Positions 1 to 11,275 of a stretch of 64,000 nucleotides of DNA are shown here, piece after piece. Every line of letters starts with the position of its first letter. Within the stretch, counting starts at the first letter, position 1. The stretch lies in contig NIVC01002222.1 of NCBI GenBank assembly GCA_002269645.1, positions 62,001-126,000 of the forward strand, given 5' to 3'. A model generated the notes under the pieces. That model ran no database searches, was not told where the DNA came from, and worked only from the letters and a program-made list of their open reading frames with translations. This stretch comes from Macrostomum lignano (taxonomy: Eukaryota). A program made the translations under genes and the position numbers.

Positions 1-1383
1 ACAATGGAAGTGTCAGTACCCTCGACGTACCTTTTCTTGAATAGTTGTTCGAGTTGATTTCTGTGGAGATGTCCTAGACGTTGATGCCACAAATTGGCAA
101 TTTCGAGCTCTGACTTTGTAGTCGTTACTGCAGCTGTAGCTAAGTTGCAATCTACATCACACTCAAGTTGGTACAATCGATCAACTAGTGTTCCAAAGCC
201 TACTAGCTTCCTTGTTTGGTTTCGAATCCAGCACCTAGTGTGACCAAACTGAATGACATTGTTCTTAAGTGTAGCCGCACGTACACTGAACAGATTGCAG
301 GCTAGTCTAGGTACGAAAAGTACAGATCCAAGTACTGCGTTAGAACGCTCACCACCAGGGAGTCTCGTGACGATGTCCACTCGTCCAGTTCCGTAAGCTT
401 GAACTGTTCGCCCGTCTCCGAGCCCTACATTTTCCGGTTCATCGAATTCAGTGTAGTCTTTTAGAGCATTCCTTTGACAGGTCATATGTCTTGTCGCACC
501 AGAGTCAATTATCCACCGTGCAGTTGTGTCCTGAGGACCAGTTTCTTCAGAGGTAAGAAATGTAGCGGCACTATCGGCTATCTCGTTGTCCAGGTTCGGA
601 TTCGAATGACTCGTACTTTCTGCAGTTTTAGCTTTATGCAGAGTCGATTTTGAGTTTTGCTGCCTGTTGCTCACGTTGAACCTGCACTCTCTACTGAAGT
701 GTCCTTCCTTGCCACATGTGTAGCACTTAATTGGTCTGCGTCCCTTAAATTTGTCAACACGAAGAGCAGATTCCGAATCACGGGATTCGTATTTCATAGT
801 TTCACTTCGTTTCATTTCTTCATTAAGCAGTGCTTGTTGAACCGTCAGCAAAGTCAGCTCCTCTTCCTTTCGGGTCTCCAGAGCCGTAACCAGACGACTG
901 TAGCTGTCAGGTAGACTGCTAAGAAGAATCACAACCTGGTCTTCGTCAGACACAGCAGCATTAATGGACGCCAGCTTGTCAGTTAACTCCTTCAGACAGC
1001 GAAATGTGCTCCTAAACTGGAGTCCCATCAGTCATCTGCAGTCTAAATAGTTTTTTCTTCAAAAACAACTTGTTGGCAGTCGAGTCACGTTCGAAATGAC
1101 CACATAAAATTTGCCACATCTGCCTCGGATCATCATCGCATGTAGTCACAAGGTAGATGTACTCACTGCTGAGAGACAGAACTATCATTGCTGCTGCTCG
1201 CTGTTGCTGTTCCTTGAATTCATTGCGTCGTGCTTCATTTGCGTCTTGCTGAAGAACATCTTCTCCGGTAGCTATGCCCCAGAGTCTTCTTGCGATTAAG
1301 CAATGTTTCATTTGGATTTTCCACGTCATCCAATTGTCCTTCGTGAGCTTCTCTATGTGCCATTTTTCTTCGCTTGCAGCCAT
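1..1383 (-). pseudogene. Disrupted copia gag-pol ORF
   Basis: ATG at 1383 (MAASEEK). In-frame TAG at 1012-1014, then one extra base in the A-run at 1002-1004. The frame resumes as RCLKELTDKLASINAAVSDEDQVVILLSSLP and stays open to base 1. Confidence 0.88.
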
Positions 1384-1492
1384 AGCAACGTAACTGATCG
1401 ACCGAGCGATCAAGTTTCCAGATGGCACGAAGAACCAGATTACCAGAATGATCTAGTACCCTGGTACATCGAAGTACTCGCAGTGGCCTCGG

Positions 1493-1506
1493 CTGGGCCC
1501 ATAACC
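1493..1506 (-). other. Primer-binding site GGTTATGGGCCCAG (copia-type, internal initiator-tRNA-Met fragment)
   Basis: Lies immediately after the LTR end ...TTTCAACA on the minus strand; same motif as the Drosophila copia PBS. Confidence 0.85.
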
Positions 1507-1788
1507 TGTTGAAATTTGTTTCTTTTAATTAAGTATATTTTATCAGTTTGAACAAAAAGAAATACACAAGATGAAAAACTAAGCAGTTTGGGGGGGCACT
1601 TAAAGTATTAGCGTATTTGCGATATGAACTAACAACCATAGATATATCGGTACGTGTATTGGATATTTATTGAACTTTCTAGAAAGGGATACGCACAGCT
1701 ATTTGCATTAACAATATTAATCAATATTATGTATCTGACAATTACTATATAAAGTACTAAAAGTACGAGCTATATACTATAAACAACA
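1507..1788 (-). mobile_element. 5' LTR of the copia element (~282 bp)
   Basis: Bounded on the + strand by TGTTG (1507) and CAACA (1788), the canonical inverted LTR ends. Abuts the PBS on one side and 23-bp satellite remnants on the other. Confidence 0.8.
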
Positions 1789-1885
1789 TTTGGAGCGATT
1801 CTCTAGGTGGATTTGGAGCGATTCTCCAAGTGGTTTGGGGAATCGGGACGATTCGCCATGTGGATTTGGAGCGATTTTTAGACGA
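1789..1885. repeat. Degenerate remnant of the 23-bp GGTGGATTTGGGGCGATTCTCCA satellite
   Basis: About 4 diverged units such as GGTGGATTTGGAGCGATTCTCCA. Confidence 0.8.
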
Positions 1886-2350
1886 TTCATATCCGACCTC
1901 TCCAATTCAATTTTGAACCGCAAGTAGGCCTTTATCTACTTGTAGTAGCATGTGCATAATTAAGGAGTGCAACATCTTTCTACTTGTTTTTTTAAAAGTA
2001 CTTGACTTTATAAATTGAGCTAATCAATTTATTCCTAGAGTCCCCAACCAGAGTGCGTATGTACCCTTGACCAAAGGGCGACTCTCAAGCTCCTAATGTC
2101 CACACACCCTCAATAAGTAGTTAATTAACGAGTCTAATTATCGCGCTACGAGTGTAAAGTTCTATTTCTCAGTGCTCGGAAAGACTTGATAAAAGTGCTT
2201 GTACACAAAAAATTGTTTAGTGCAATTTTCACCTACGATTGCCAACCAAAAAGGCGTAGACTGTACACTGTACATGTCTGACAATGAGATAGTCAATCGA
2301 TTGTCGCCCATAAGCCTCCTCCCCGTGCATACATGTACATCCCTAATGTA

Positions 2351-2645
2351 GGAGCCTGTCACTAGCTGGTCAGAGCGTCGAACTCACGACTGAAAGGTCG
2401 GGGGTTCGATTCTCGACCCACTCGGAACAATTTGTGTCCTTGAGTTAAGACACTTAACTCTGCTTTGCATTGCTTCAGTTCTAAAATGGGTGCCAGCATT
2501 AGCTGGGGTAAAATTGGTGTGTGTGGCGACCCCACCCCCCGAGTCCTTGGACTGAACATCCGTACGCAGCCTTCAGATGCGCCGCGCAATAGCTGCGGCT
2601 GAGCCATCGGTTGTCAATAAGGCAGATGTAATCGTTATTTCTATT
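2351..2645 (+). mobile_element. tRNA-derived SINE, family A, copy 1
   Basis: A-box-like TAGCTGGTCAGAGC and B-box GGTTCGATTC; central CCTTGAGTTAAGACACTTAAC...TAAAATGGG resembles the CORE (MIR-like) domain; TATT-rich tail. Homologous copies at 8898 and 55508. Confidence 0.8.
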
Positions 2646-2981
2646 AATGTACAAAAAATCAATAAAAAGTCTAATATAATCATGTTCAAAGACCAACCGG
2701 CAACAAAAACAAATATTTTATATTTTATTCAAAACAGAAATAAAAAAATATAGAAAATATGTGTCAATAAGAAATTCGATCAAACAATTAAATCAGGTAA
2801 AAAGTCACCAAAACAAAAAATGAATGGAATAAGAAATTTAGCTTAAAAAATAAGTGAAAGCATAAATAGATATCAAGAACTGTAGAAAACAAATGCAAAT
2901 AGCACACTGAGAAGCAACAAAACAGCTGATTGCAATTGTACGGAGCAGTCAACTGATCAAACTGCAATCAATGTGCCGAAG

Positions 2982-4184
2982 TCAGCAGTCCGGCTCCACA
3001 ACGATGCAGCAGCTGCCGGCATCGACAGATGAGGCGGGCTCGAACACAGCTGAGCAGAGGCGGGGCCGGTTGGGCCAGTCGCTAGTCAGGGTCACGTGAC
3101 GAAGCCGAATAGCCGCGTGGCGACCGAGAAGCTGCTGGAGGCTGGCCAGGGGAGGCTGGCACAGGCGGGGCAGGTTGGCGGCCGTCTCTGATTGGCTGAG
3201 ACTGCTGGGACTCGACTGCATCCTGACTAGGATGGTCAGCCAGCACCGGCTGTCATCGGCTCCTCCGGCGTCCATCGGATCGCACACCTGCTAGTGCAGC
3301 GGGCAGCGATGCTGGGCTAATGCTTCTGGGCTAATGGCTGGTGATGCTGAGCTAATGCTTCTGGGCTAATGACTGGTGATGCTGAGCTAATGCTTCTGGG
3401 CTAATGACTGGTGATGCTGGGCTAATTACTGGTGATGCTGGGCTAGTGGCTGGTGATGCTGGGCTAATGCTTCTGGGCTAATGGCTGGTGATGCTGAGCT
3501 AATGCTTCTGGGCTAATGGCTGATGATGCTGAGCTAATGCTTCTGGGCTAATTACTGGTGATGCTGGGCTAATGGCTGGTGATGCTGGGCTAATGCTTCT
3601 GGGCTAATGGCTGATGATGCTGAGCTAATGCTTCTGGGCTAATTACTGGTGATGCTGGGCTAATGCTTCTGGGCTAATGGCTGGTGATGCTGGACTAATG
3701 CTTCTGGGCTATTGGCTGGTGATGCTGGGCCAATGGCTGGTGATGCTGGGCTAATGCTTCTGGGCTAATATAAATAAAACAAAAGCATGACTGGCACCTG
3801 AAAAACCAGATGCTGAGAATGTTTCCGATTAGTAGTTGGAGCATCGCAGCCTGAGCACATAATGAAGTGGCCAAGCACCAGCCCCGGCCAGATTGGATGG
3901 CCCAGCTGACCGGCCCAGCCCTTGTCACCCAAATCCGCATCCTGAACTCGATAGCTATCAATAGGGTCCAAGCAGGCGGCCAGGTGAGTCATAAACCTGG
4001 CCCAGCCAACCAGCTTGGCTAGTCGAGCGCACTCAGACCGATGGCTGGACCAGTGAGCCACCTGGCAGGCGCGGCAGCAATAGCTGGCGTTCCGGCAGCG
4101 GCCGCACAGCTGACAGTCCCGACTGACCGAGCAGTTCAGGCAGATCTGCGAGCGGTGCCGCAGTTGCTGGGCGGCCGAGTCTGC
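2982..4184 (-). CDS. zf-MYND domain protein, copy 1 (exons 4184-3798 and 3287-2982; no genomic ATG before the MYND domain)
   Basis: After acceptor TTTTCCAG| the exon reads ADSAAQQLRHRSQICLNCSVSRDCQLCGRCRNASYCCRACQVAHWSSHRSEC, a complete MYND signature. A phase-0 GT-AG intron (3288-3797) joins it to a 101-aa terminal exon ending in TGA at 2982. Confidence 0.8.
3310..3775. repeat. Intronic minisatellite, ~35-bp unit GCTGGGCTAATGCTTCTGGGCTAATGGCTGGTGAT built from shorter subunits (second copy at ~9857-10322)
   Basis: Directly visible tandem units filling the MYND intron. Confidence 0.9.
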
Positions 4185-4234
4185 CTGGAAAATTGCAGGA
4201 GATGATGTCAGTCACTCTGAATAAGACAGTCCCC

Positions 4235-7200
4235 AGGATTTGAGGCGATTCTACAGGTGGATTTGGGGCGATTATACAGGTGGATTTGAAGCGATTCTCC
4301 AAGTGGATTTGGGGTGATTCTCCAGGTAAATTTGATGCGATTCTCCAAGTGGATTTGGGACGATTCTCTAGGTGGATTTGGGGCGATTCTCAGGTTGGAT
4401 TTGAGGCGATTATCCAGGTGGATTTGAGCGATTCTCCAGGTGGATTTGGGCGATTCTCCAGGTGGATTTGGGTCGATTCTCCAGGTGGATTTTGGCGATT
4501 CTCCAGGTGGATTTGGGCGATTCTCCAGGTGGATTTGGGGCGATTCTCCAGGTGGATTTGGGGCGATTATCCAGGTGGATTTGAAGCGATTCTCCAGGTG
4601 GATTTGAAGCGATTCTCCAGGTGGATTTGGGGCGATTCTCCAGGTGGATTTGGGGCGATTCTCCATGTGGATTATGGGCAATTCTGAAGGTGGTTTTGGG
4701 GCGATTCTAAAGGTGGTTTTGGGGCGATTCTAAATGTGATTTTGGGGCGATTTTAAATGTGATTTTGGGGCGATTCTACAGGTGGTTTATGGGCGATTCT
4801 AAAGGTGGTTTTCGGGCGATTATCTAGGTAGATTTGGGGCGATTCTCTAGGTGGATTTGGGGCGATTATCCAGGTAGATTTGGGGCGATTCTCCATGTGG
4901 ATTATGGGCAATTCTAAAGGTGGTTTTGGGGCGATTCTAAATGTGATTTTGGGGCGATTCTCCAGGTGGATTTGGGGCGATTATCCAGGTGGATTTGAAG
5001 CGATTCTCCAGGTGGATTTGGGGCGATTATTCTACAGGTGGTTTTGGGGCAATTATCCAGGTGGATTTGGGGCGATTCTCCAGGTGGATTTGGGGCGATT
5101 ATTCTACAGGTGGATTTGGGGCGATTCTCCAGGTGGATTTGGGGCGATTCTCCAGGTGGATTTGGGGCAATTATCCAGGTGGATTTGGGGCGATTCTCCA
5201 GGTTGATTTGGGGCAATTATCCAGGTGGATTTGGGGCAATTATCCAGGTGGATTTGGGGCGATTCTCTAGGTGGATTTGGGGCGATTATCCAGGTGGATT
5301 TGGGGCGATTCTCCAGGTGGATTTGGGGCGATTATCCAGGTGGATTTGGGGCGATTCTCCAGGTGGATTTGGGGCGATTATCCAGGTGGATTTGGGGCGA
5401 TTATCCAGGTGGATTTGGGGCGATTCTCCAGGTGGATTTGGGGCGATTATCCAGGTGGATTTGAAGCGATTCTCCAGGTGGATTTGGGGCGATTCTCCAT
5501 GTGGATTATGGGCAATTCTGAAGGTGGTTTTGGGGCGATTCTAAAGGTGGTTTTGGGGCGATTCTAAATGTGATTTTGGGGCGATTTTAAATGTGATTTT
5601 GGGGCGATTCTACAGGTGGTTTATGGGCGATTCTAAAGGTGGTTTTCGGGCGATTATCTAGGTAGATTTGGGGCGATTCTCTAGGTGGATTTGGGGCGAT
5701 TATCCAGGTAGATTTGGGGCGATTCTCCATGTGGATTATGGGCAATTCTAAAGGTGGTTTTGGGGCGATTCTAAATGTGATTTTGGGGCGATTCTAAATG
5801 TGATTTTGGGGCGATTCTCCAGGTGGATTTGGGGCGATTCTCCAGGTGGATTTGGGGCAATTATCCAGGTGGATTTGGGGCAATTATCCAGGTGGATTTG
5901 GGGCGATTCTCCAGGTGGATTTGGGGCGATTCTCCAGGTGGATTTGGGGCGATTCTCCAGGTGGATTTGGGGCGATTCTACAGGTGGTTTTGGGGCGATT
6001 CTCCAGGTGGATTTGGGGCGATTCTCCAGGTGGATTTGGGGCGATTATCCAGGTGGATTTGGGGCGATTCTCCAGGTGGATTTGGGGCGATTATCCAGGT
6101 GGATTTGGGGCGATTCTCCAGGTGGATTTGAAGCGATTCTCCAGGTGGATTTGGGGCGATTCTCCATGTGGATTATGGGCAATTCTGAAGGTGGTTTTGG
6201 GGCGATTCTAAAGGTGGTTTTGGGGCGATTCTAAATGTGATTTTGGGGCGATTTTAAATGTGATTTTGGGGCGATTCTACAGGTGGTTTATGGGCGATTC
6301 TAAAGGTGGTTTTCGGGCGATTATCTAGGTAGATTTGGGGCGATTCTCTAGGTGGATTTGGGGCGATTATCCAGGTAGATTTGGGGCGATTCTCCATGTG
6401 GATTATGGGCAATTCTAAAGGTGGTTTTGGGGCGATTCTAAATGTGATTTTGGGGCGATTCTCCAGGTGGATTTGGGGCGATTATCCAGGTGGATTTGAA
6501 GCGATTCTCCAGGTGGATTTGGGGCGATTATTCTACAGGTGGTTTTGGGGCAATTATCCAGGTGGATTTGGGCAGTGTTGGGCAAGTTACTCAAAAAAAG
6601 TAACTTGCGTTACTGTAACTTAAGTTACCAATTTTTAAAAAGTAACTTACGTTAGCCTAGTAACTTTAGACAAAAACCCGGTAACTTTTAAGTTACTGTC
6701 CGTTACTCACTTCCGTTACCCATGTTATTAACAAAATTTTCTGCTTTTTTCACATTGCATTTTTTTACATTGTTGTTACCGAAATTTGCCATTGGGCATT
6801 GGGATTAACCGATTAACAGACAGAGACAGCAATTGGCGACACGATGTGAGGCAAGTAGAAGGACCGATGGGCAATGGCAATCAATAATTAAAATTATAAA
6901 TGATAAAATAAACGAATATCAATAATTCAATAGAGTAAAATAAATAACTGTATAAAATGGTGTAGTGTACTGCAGTGCCAGTGGAGGGACTTGTGGAGGC
7001 TACAGACGAATTTCTTTCTTTGGTTGTTTGTTTGAATCAAACTTGAAAATTTTTAGTAAATTGAAAATGAGAAATAAAAATTGAAAAATAAAATGAAAGG
7101 CGAAAATATTTTACTGAAATTATAACTAAGCAAAACATGTTTTAAGTATTTCTTCATTAATTAAAGCGCAATACCAAATGATACTATTCACTTAATTTTG

Positions 7201-8775
7201 AATTAGGAATGAAAAATGCAAAAAAATGTGACAACCGGCGTAATAGCTAAGCATTTCAGTTTTAAATTTAAATATTGCGATTGTTGCAAAGTAACTGTAA
7301 CGGACTTCTGAAATTTGAGTAACTTACCGTTACTCCGTTACTAAAATAAAAAAGTAACTTGCGTAAGGAACGCTTTACGAAAAAGTAACTTGCGTTACCA
7401 TTTGCAAGTTACTCGGTAACGGAAGTGCCCAACACTGGATTTGGGGCGATTCTCCAGGTGGATTTGGGGCGATTATTCTACAGGTGGATTTGGGGCGATT
7501 CTCCAGGTGGATTTGGGGCGATTCTCCAGGTGGATTTGGGGCAATTATCCAGGTGGATTTGGGGCGATTCTCCAGGTGGATTTGGGGCAATTATCCAGGT
7601 GGATTTGGGGCAATTATCCAGGTGGATTTGGGGCGATTCTCTAGGTGGATTTGGGGCGATTATCCAGGTGGATTTGGGGCGATTCTCCAGGTGGATTTGG
7701 GGCGATTATCCAGGTGGATTTGGGGCGATTCTCCAGGTGGATTTGGGGCGATTATCCAGGTGGATTTGGGGCGATTATCCAGGTGGATTTGGGGCGATTC
7801 TCCAGGTGGATTTGGGGCGATTATCCAGGTGGATTTGAAGCGATTCTCCAGGTGGATTTGGGGCGATTCTCCATGTGGATTATGGGCAATTCTGAAGGTG
7901 GTTTTGGGGCGATTCTAAAGGTGGTTTTGGGGCGATTCTAAATGTGATTTTGGGGCGATTTTAAATGTGATTTTGGGGCGATTCTACAGGTGGTTTATGG
8001 GCGATTCTAAAGGTGGTTTTCGGGCGATTATCTAGGTAGATTTGGGGCGATTCTCTAGGTGGATTTGGGGCGATTATCCAGGTAGATTTGGGGCGATTCT
8101 CCATGTGGATTATGGGCAATTCTAAAGGTGGTTTTGGGGCGATTCTAAATGTGATTTTGGGGCGATTCTAAATGTGATTTTGGGGCGATTCTCCAGGTGG
8201 ATTTGGGGCGATTCTCCAGGTGGATTTGGGGCAATTATCCAGGTGGATTTGGGGCAATTATCCAGGTGGATTTGGGGCGATTCTCCAGGTGGATTTGGGG
8301 CGATTCTCCAGGTGGATTTGGGGCGATTCTCCAGGTGGATTTGGGGCGATTCTACAGGTGGTTTTGGGGCGATTCTCCAAGTGGATTTGGGGCGATTCTC
8401 CAGGTGGATTTGGGGCGATTATCCAGGTGGATTTGGGGCGATTCTCCAGGTGGATTTGGGGCGATTATCCAGGTGGATTTGAAGCGATTCTCCAGGTGGA
8501 TTTGAAGCGATTCTCCAGGTGGATTTGGGGCGATTATTCTACAGGTGGTTTTGGGGCAATTATCCAGGTGGATTTGGGGCGATTCTCCAGGTGGATTTGG
8601 GGCGATTATTCTACAGGTGGATTTGGGGCGATTCTCCAGGTGGATTTGGGGCGATTCTCCAGGTGGATTTGGGGCAATTATCCAGGTGGATTTGGGGCGA
8701 TTCTCCAGGTGGATTTGGGGCAATTATCCAGGTGGATTTGGGGCAATTATCCAGGTGGATTTGGGGCGATTCTGG
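4235..8775. repeat. 23-bp satellite GGTGGATTTGGGGCGATTCTCCA with 1501-bp higher-order duplication
   Basis: Well over 100 tandem units. A diagnostic variant block CTCCATGTGGATTATGGGCAATTCTGAAGG occurs at 4661, 5495, 6162 and 7869. The many ORFs called here are repeat artefacts. Confidence 0.97.
6573..7437. mobile_element. Non-autonomous hAT-type DNA transposon (MITE, 865 bp) inserted in the satellite
   Basis: 12-bp TIR CAGTGTTGGGCA / TGCCCAACACTG; perfect 8-bp TSD GATTTGGG (6565-6572, 7438-7445); many subterminal GTAAC/GTTAC motifs; no ORF. Confidence 0.92.
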
Positions 8776-8897
8776 GGACAATCGATTGCCAACCAAAAAG
8801 GCGTAGACTGTACACTGTACATGTCTGACAATGAGATAGTCAATCGATTGTCGCCCATAAGCCTCCTCCCCGTGCATACATGTACATCCCTAATGTA

Positions 8898-9192
8898 GGA
8901 GCCTGTCACTAGCTGGTCAGAGCGTCGAACTCACGACTGAAAGGTCGGGGGTTCGATTCTCGACCCACTCGGAACAATTTGTGTCCTTGAGTTAAGACAC
9001 TTAACTCTGCTTTGCATTGCTTCAGTTCTAAAATGGGTGCCAGCATTAGCTGGGGTAAAATTGGTGTGTGTGGCGACCCCACCCCCCGAGTCCTTGGACT
9101 GAACATCCGTACGCAGCCTTCAGATGCGCCGCGCAATAGCTGCGGCTGAGCCATCGGTTGTCAATAAGGCAGATGTAATCGTTATTTCTATT
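8898..9192 (+). mobile_element. tRNA-derived SINE, family A, copy 2 (part of the duplication)
   Basis: Matches 2351-2645. Confidence 0.8.
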
Positions 9193-9528
9193 AATGTACA
9201 AAAAATCAATAAAAAGTCTAATATAATCATTTTCAAAGACCAACCGGCAACAAAAACAAATATTTTATATTTTATTCAAAACAGAAATAAAAAAATATAG
9301 AAAATATGTGTCAATAAGAAATTCGATCAAACAATTAAATCAGGTAAAAAGTCACCAAAACAAAAAATGAATGGAATAAGAAATTTAGCTTAAAAAATAA
9401 GTGAAAGCATAAATAGATATCAAGAACTGTAGAAAACAAATGCAAATAGCACACTGAGAAGCAACAAAACAGCTGATTGCAATTGTACGGAGCAGTCAAC
9501 TGATCAAACTGCAATCAATGTGCCGAAG

Positions 9529-10731
9529 TCAGCAGTCCGGCTCCACAACGATGCAGCAGCTGCCGGCATCGACAGATGAGGCGGGCTCGAACACAGCTGA
9601 GCAGAGGCGGGGCCGGTTGGGCCAGTCGCTAGTCAGGGTCACGTGACGAAGCCGAATAGCCGCGTGGCGACCGAGAAGCTGCTGGAGGCTGGCCAGGGGA
9701 GGCTGGCACAGGCGGGGCAGGTTGGCGGCCGTCTCTGATTGGCTGAGACTGCTGGGACTCGACTGCATCCTGACTAGGATGGTCAGCCAGCACCGGCTGT
9801 CATCGGCTCCTCCGGCGTCCATCGGATCGCACACCTGCTAGTGCAGCGGGCAGCGATGCTGGGCTAATGCTTCTGGGCTAATGGCTGGTGATGCTGAGCT
9901 AATGCTTCTGGGCTAATGACTGGTGATGCTGAGCTAATGCTTCTGGGCTAATGACTGGTGATGCTGGGCTAATTACTGGCGATGCTGGGCTAGTGGCTGG
10001 TGATGCTGGGCTAATGCTTCTGGGCTAATGGCTGGTGATGCTGAGCTAATGCTTCTGGGCTAATGGCTGATGATGCTGAGCTAATGCTTCTGGGCTAATT
10101 ACTGGTGATGCTGGGCTAATGGCTGGTGATGCTGGACTAATGCTTCTGGGCTAATGGCTGATGATGCTGAGCTAATGCTTCTGGGCTAATTACTGGTGAT
10201 GCTGGGCTAATGCTTCTGGGCTAATGGCTGGTGATGCTGGACTAATGCTTCTGGGCTATTGGCTGGTGATGCTGGGCCAATGGCTGGTGATGCTGGGCTA
10301 ATGCTTCTGGGCTAATATAAATAAAACAAAAGCATGACTGGCACCTGAAAAACCAGATGCTGAGAATGTTTCCGATTAGTAGTTGGAGCATCGCAGCCTG
10401 AGCACATAATGAAGTGGCCAAGCACCAGCCCCGGCCAGATTGGATGGCCCAGCTGACCGGCCCAGCCCTTGTCACCCAAATCCGCATCCTGAACTCGATA
10501 GCTATCAATAGGGTCCAAGCAGGCGGCCAGGTGAGTCATAAACCTGGCCCAGCCAACCAGCTTGGCTAGTCGAGCGCACTCAGACCGATGGCTGGACCAG
10601 TGAGCCACCTGGCAGGCGCGGCAGCAATAGCTGGCGTTCCGGCAGCGGCCGCACAGCTGACAGTCCCGACTGACCGAGCAGTTCAGGCAGATCTGCGAGC
10701 GGTGCCGCAGTTGCTGGGCGGCCGAGTCTGC
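9529..10731 (-). CDS. zf-MYND domain protein, copy 2 (exons 10731-10345 and 9834-9529)
   Basis: Same translation and splice sites as copy 1. Confidence 0.8.
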
Positions 10732-10781
10732 CTGGAAAATTGCAGGAGATGATGTCAGTCACTCTGAATAAGACAGTCCCC

Positions 10782-11275
10782 AGGATTTGAGGCGATTCTA
10801 CAGGTGGATTTGGGGCGATTATACAGGTGGATTTGAAGCGATTCTCCAAGTGGATTTGGGGTGATTCTCCAGGTAAATTTGATGCGATTCTCCAAGTGGA
10901 TTTGGGACGATTCTCTAGGTGGATTTGGGGCGATTCTCAGGTTGGATTTGAGGCGATTATCCAGGTGGATTTGAGCGATTCTCCAGGTGGATTTGGGCGA
11001 TTCTCCAGGTGGATTTGGGTCGATTCTCCAGGTGGATTTTGGCGATTCTCCAGGTGGATTTGGGCGATTCTCCAGGTGGATTTGAAGCGATTCTCCAGGT
11101 GGATTTGGGGCGATTATCCAGGTGGATTTGAAGCGATTCTCCAGGTGGATTTGAAGCGATTCTCCAGGTGGATTTGGGGCAATTCTCCAGGTGGCTTTGG
11201 GGCGATTATCCAGGTGGATTTGGGGCGATTCTCCAGGTGGCTTTGGGACAATTCTCCAGGTGGTTTTGGGACAAA
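10782..11275. repeat. Short array of the 23-bp GGTGGATTTGGGGCGATTCTCCA satellite
   Basis: About 21 units, ending in variants GGCTTTGGGACAATTCTCCA. Confidence 0.95.

Larger units (their letters stand above)
1..1788 (-). mobile_element. Ty1/copia LTR retrotransposon, 5' part (LTR, PBS, gag, protease, start of integrase region); runs off the window start
   Basis: Minus-strand translation gives a copia gag N-terminus (KLTKDNWMTWKIQMK), CCHC knuckle CYTCGKEGHFSREC (684-725), protease WIIDSGATRHMT (~490-515) and pre-integrase LWHQRLGH (~68-90). Protease-then-integrase order is copia-type. Confidence 0.95.
8783..11082. repeat. Segmental duplication of 2236-~4535 (offset 6547 bp)
   Basis: All ORF-track entries recur at +6547. 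By eye only three substitutions were seen in the non-satellite part (2684/9231, 3433/9980, 3589/10136). Confidence 0.95.

Noticed and set aside
4226-8780. GTCCCCAG ... CTGGGGAC inverted 8-mers bracketing the satellite as transposon TIRs
   Set aside because: Only 8 bp, no TSD, and the right-hand motif is explainable by satellite variants and the junction hairpin.
4208-8909. Many long overlapping ORFs (GGFGAILQVDLGRFSRWIWGD...) and similar ones at 38620-40037, 40483-41448, 45348-46793, 47546-50009, 56446-58304, 59850-61365
   Set aside because: They are translations of stop-poor tandem repeats, open in several frames and on both strands, with no codon or domain signal.
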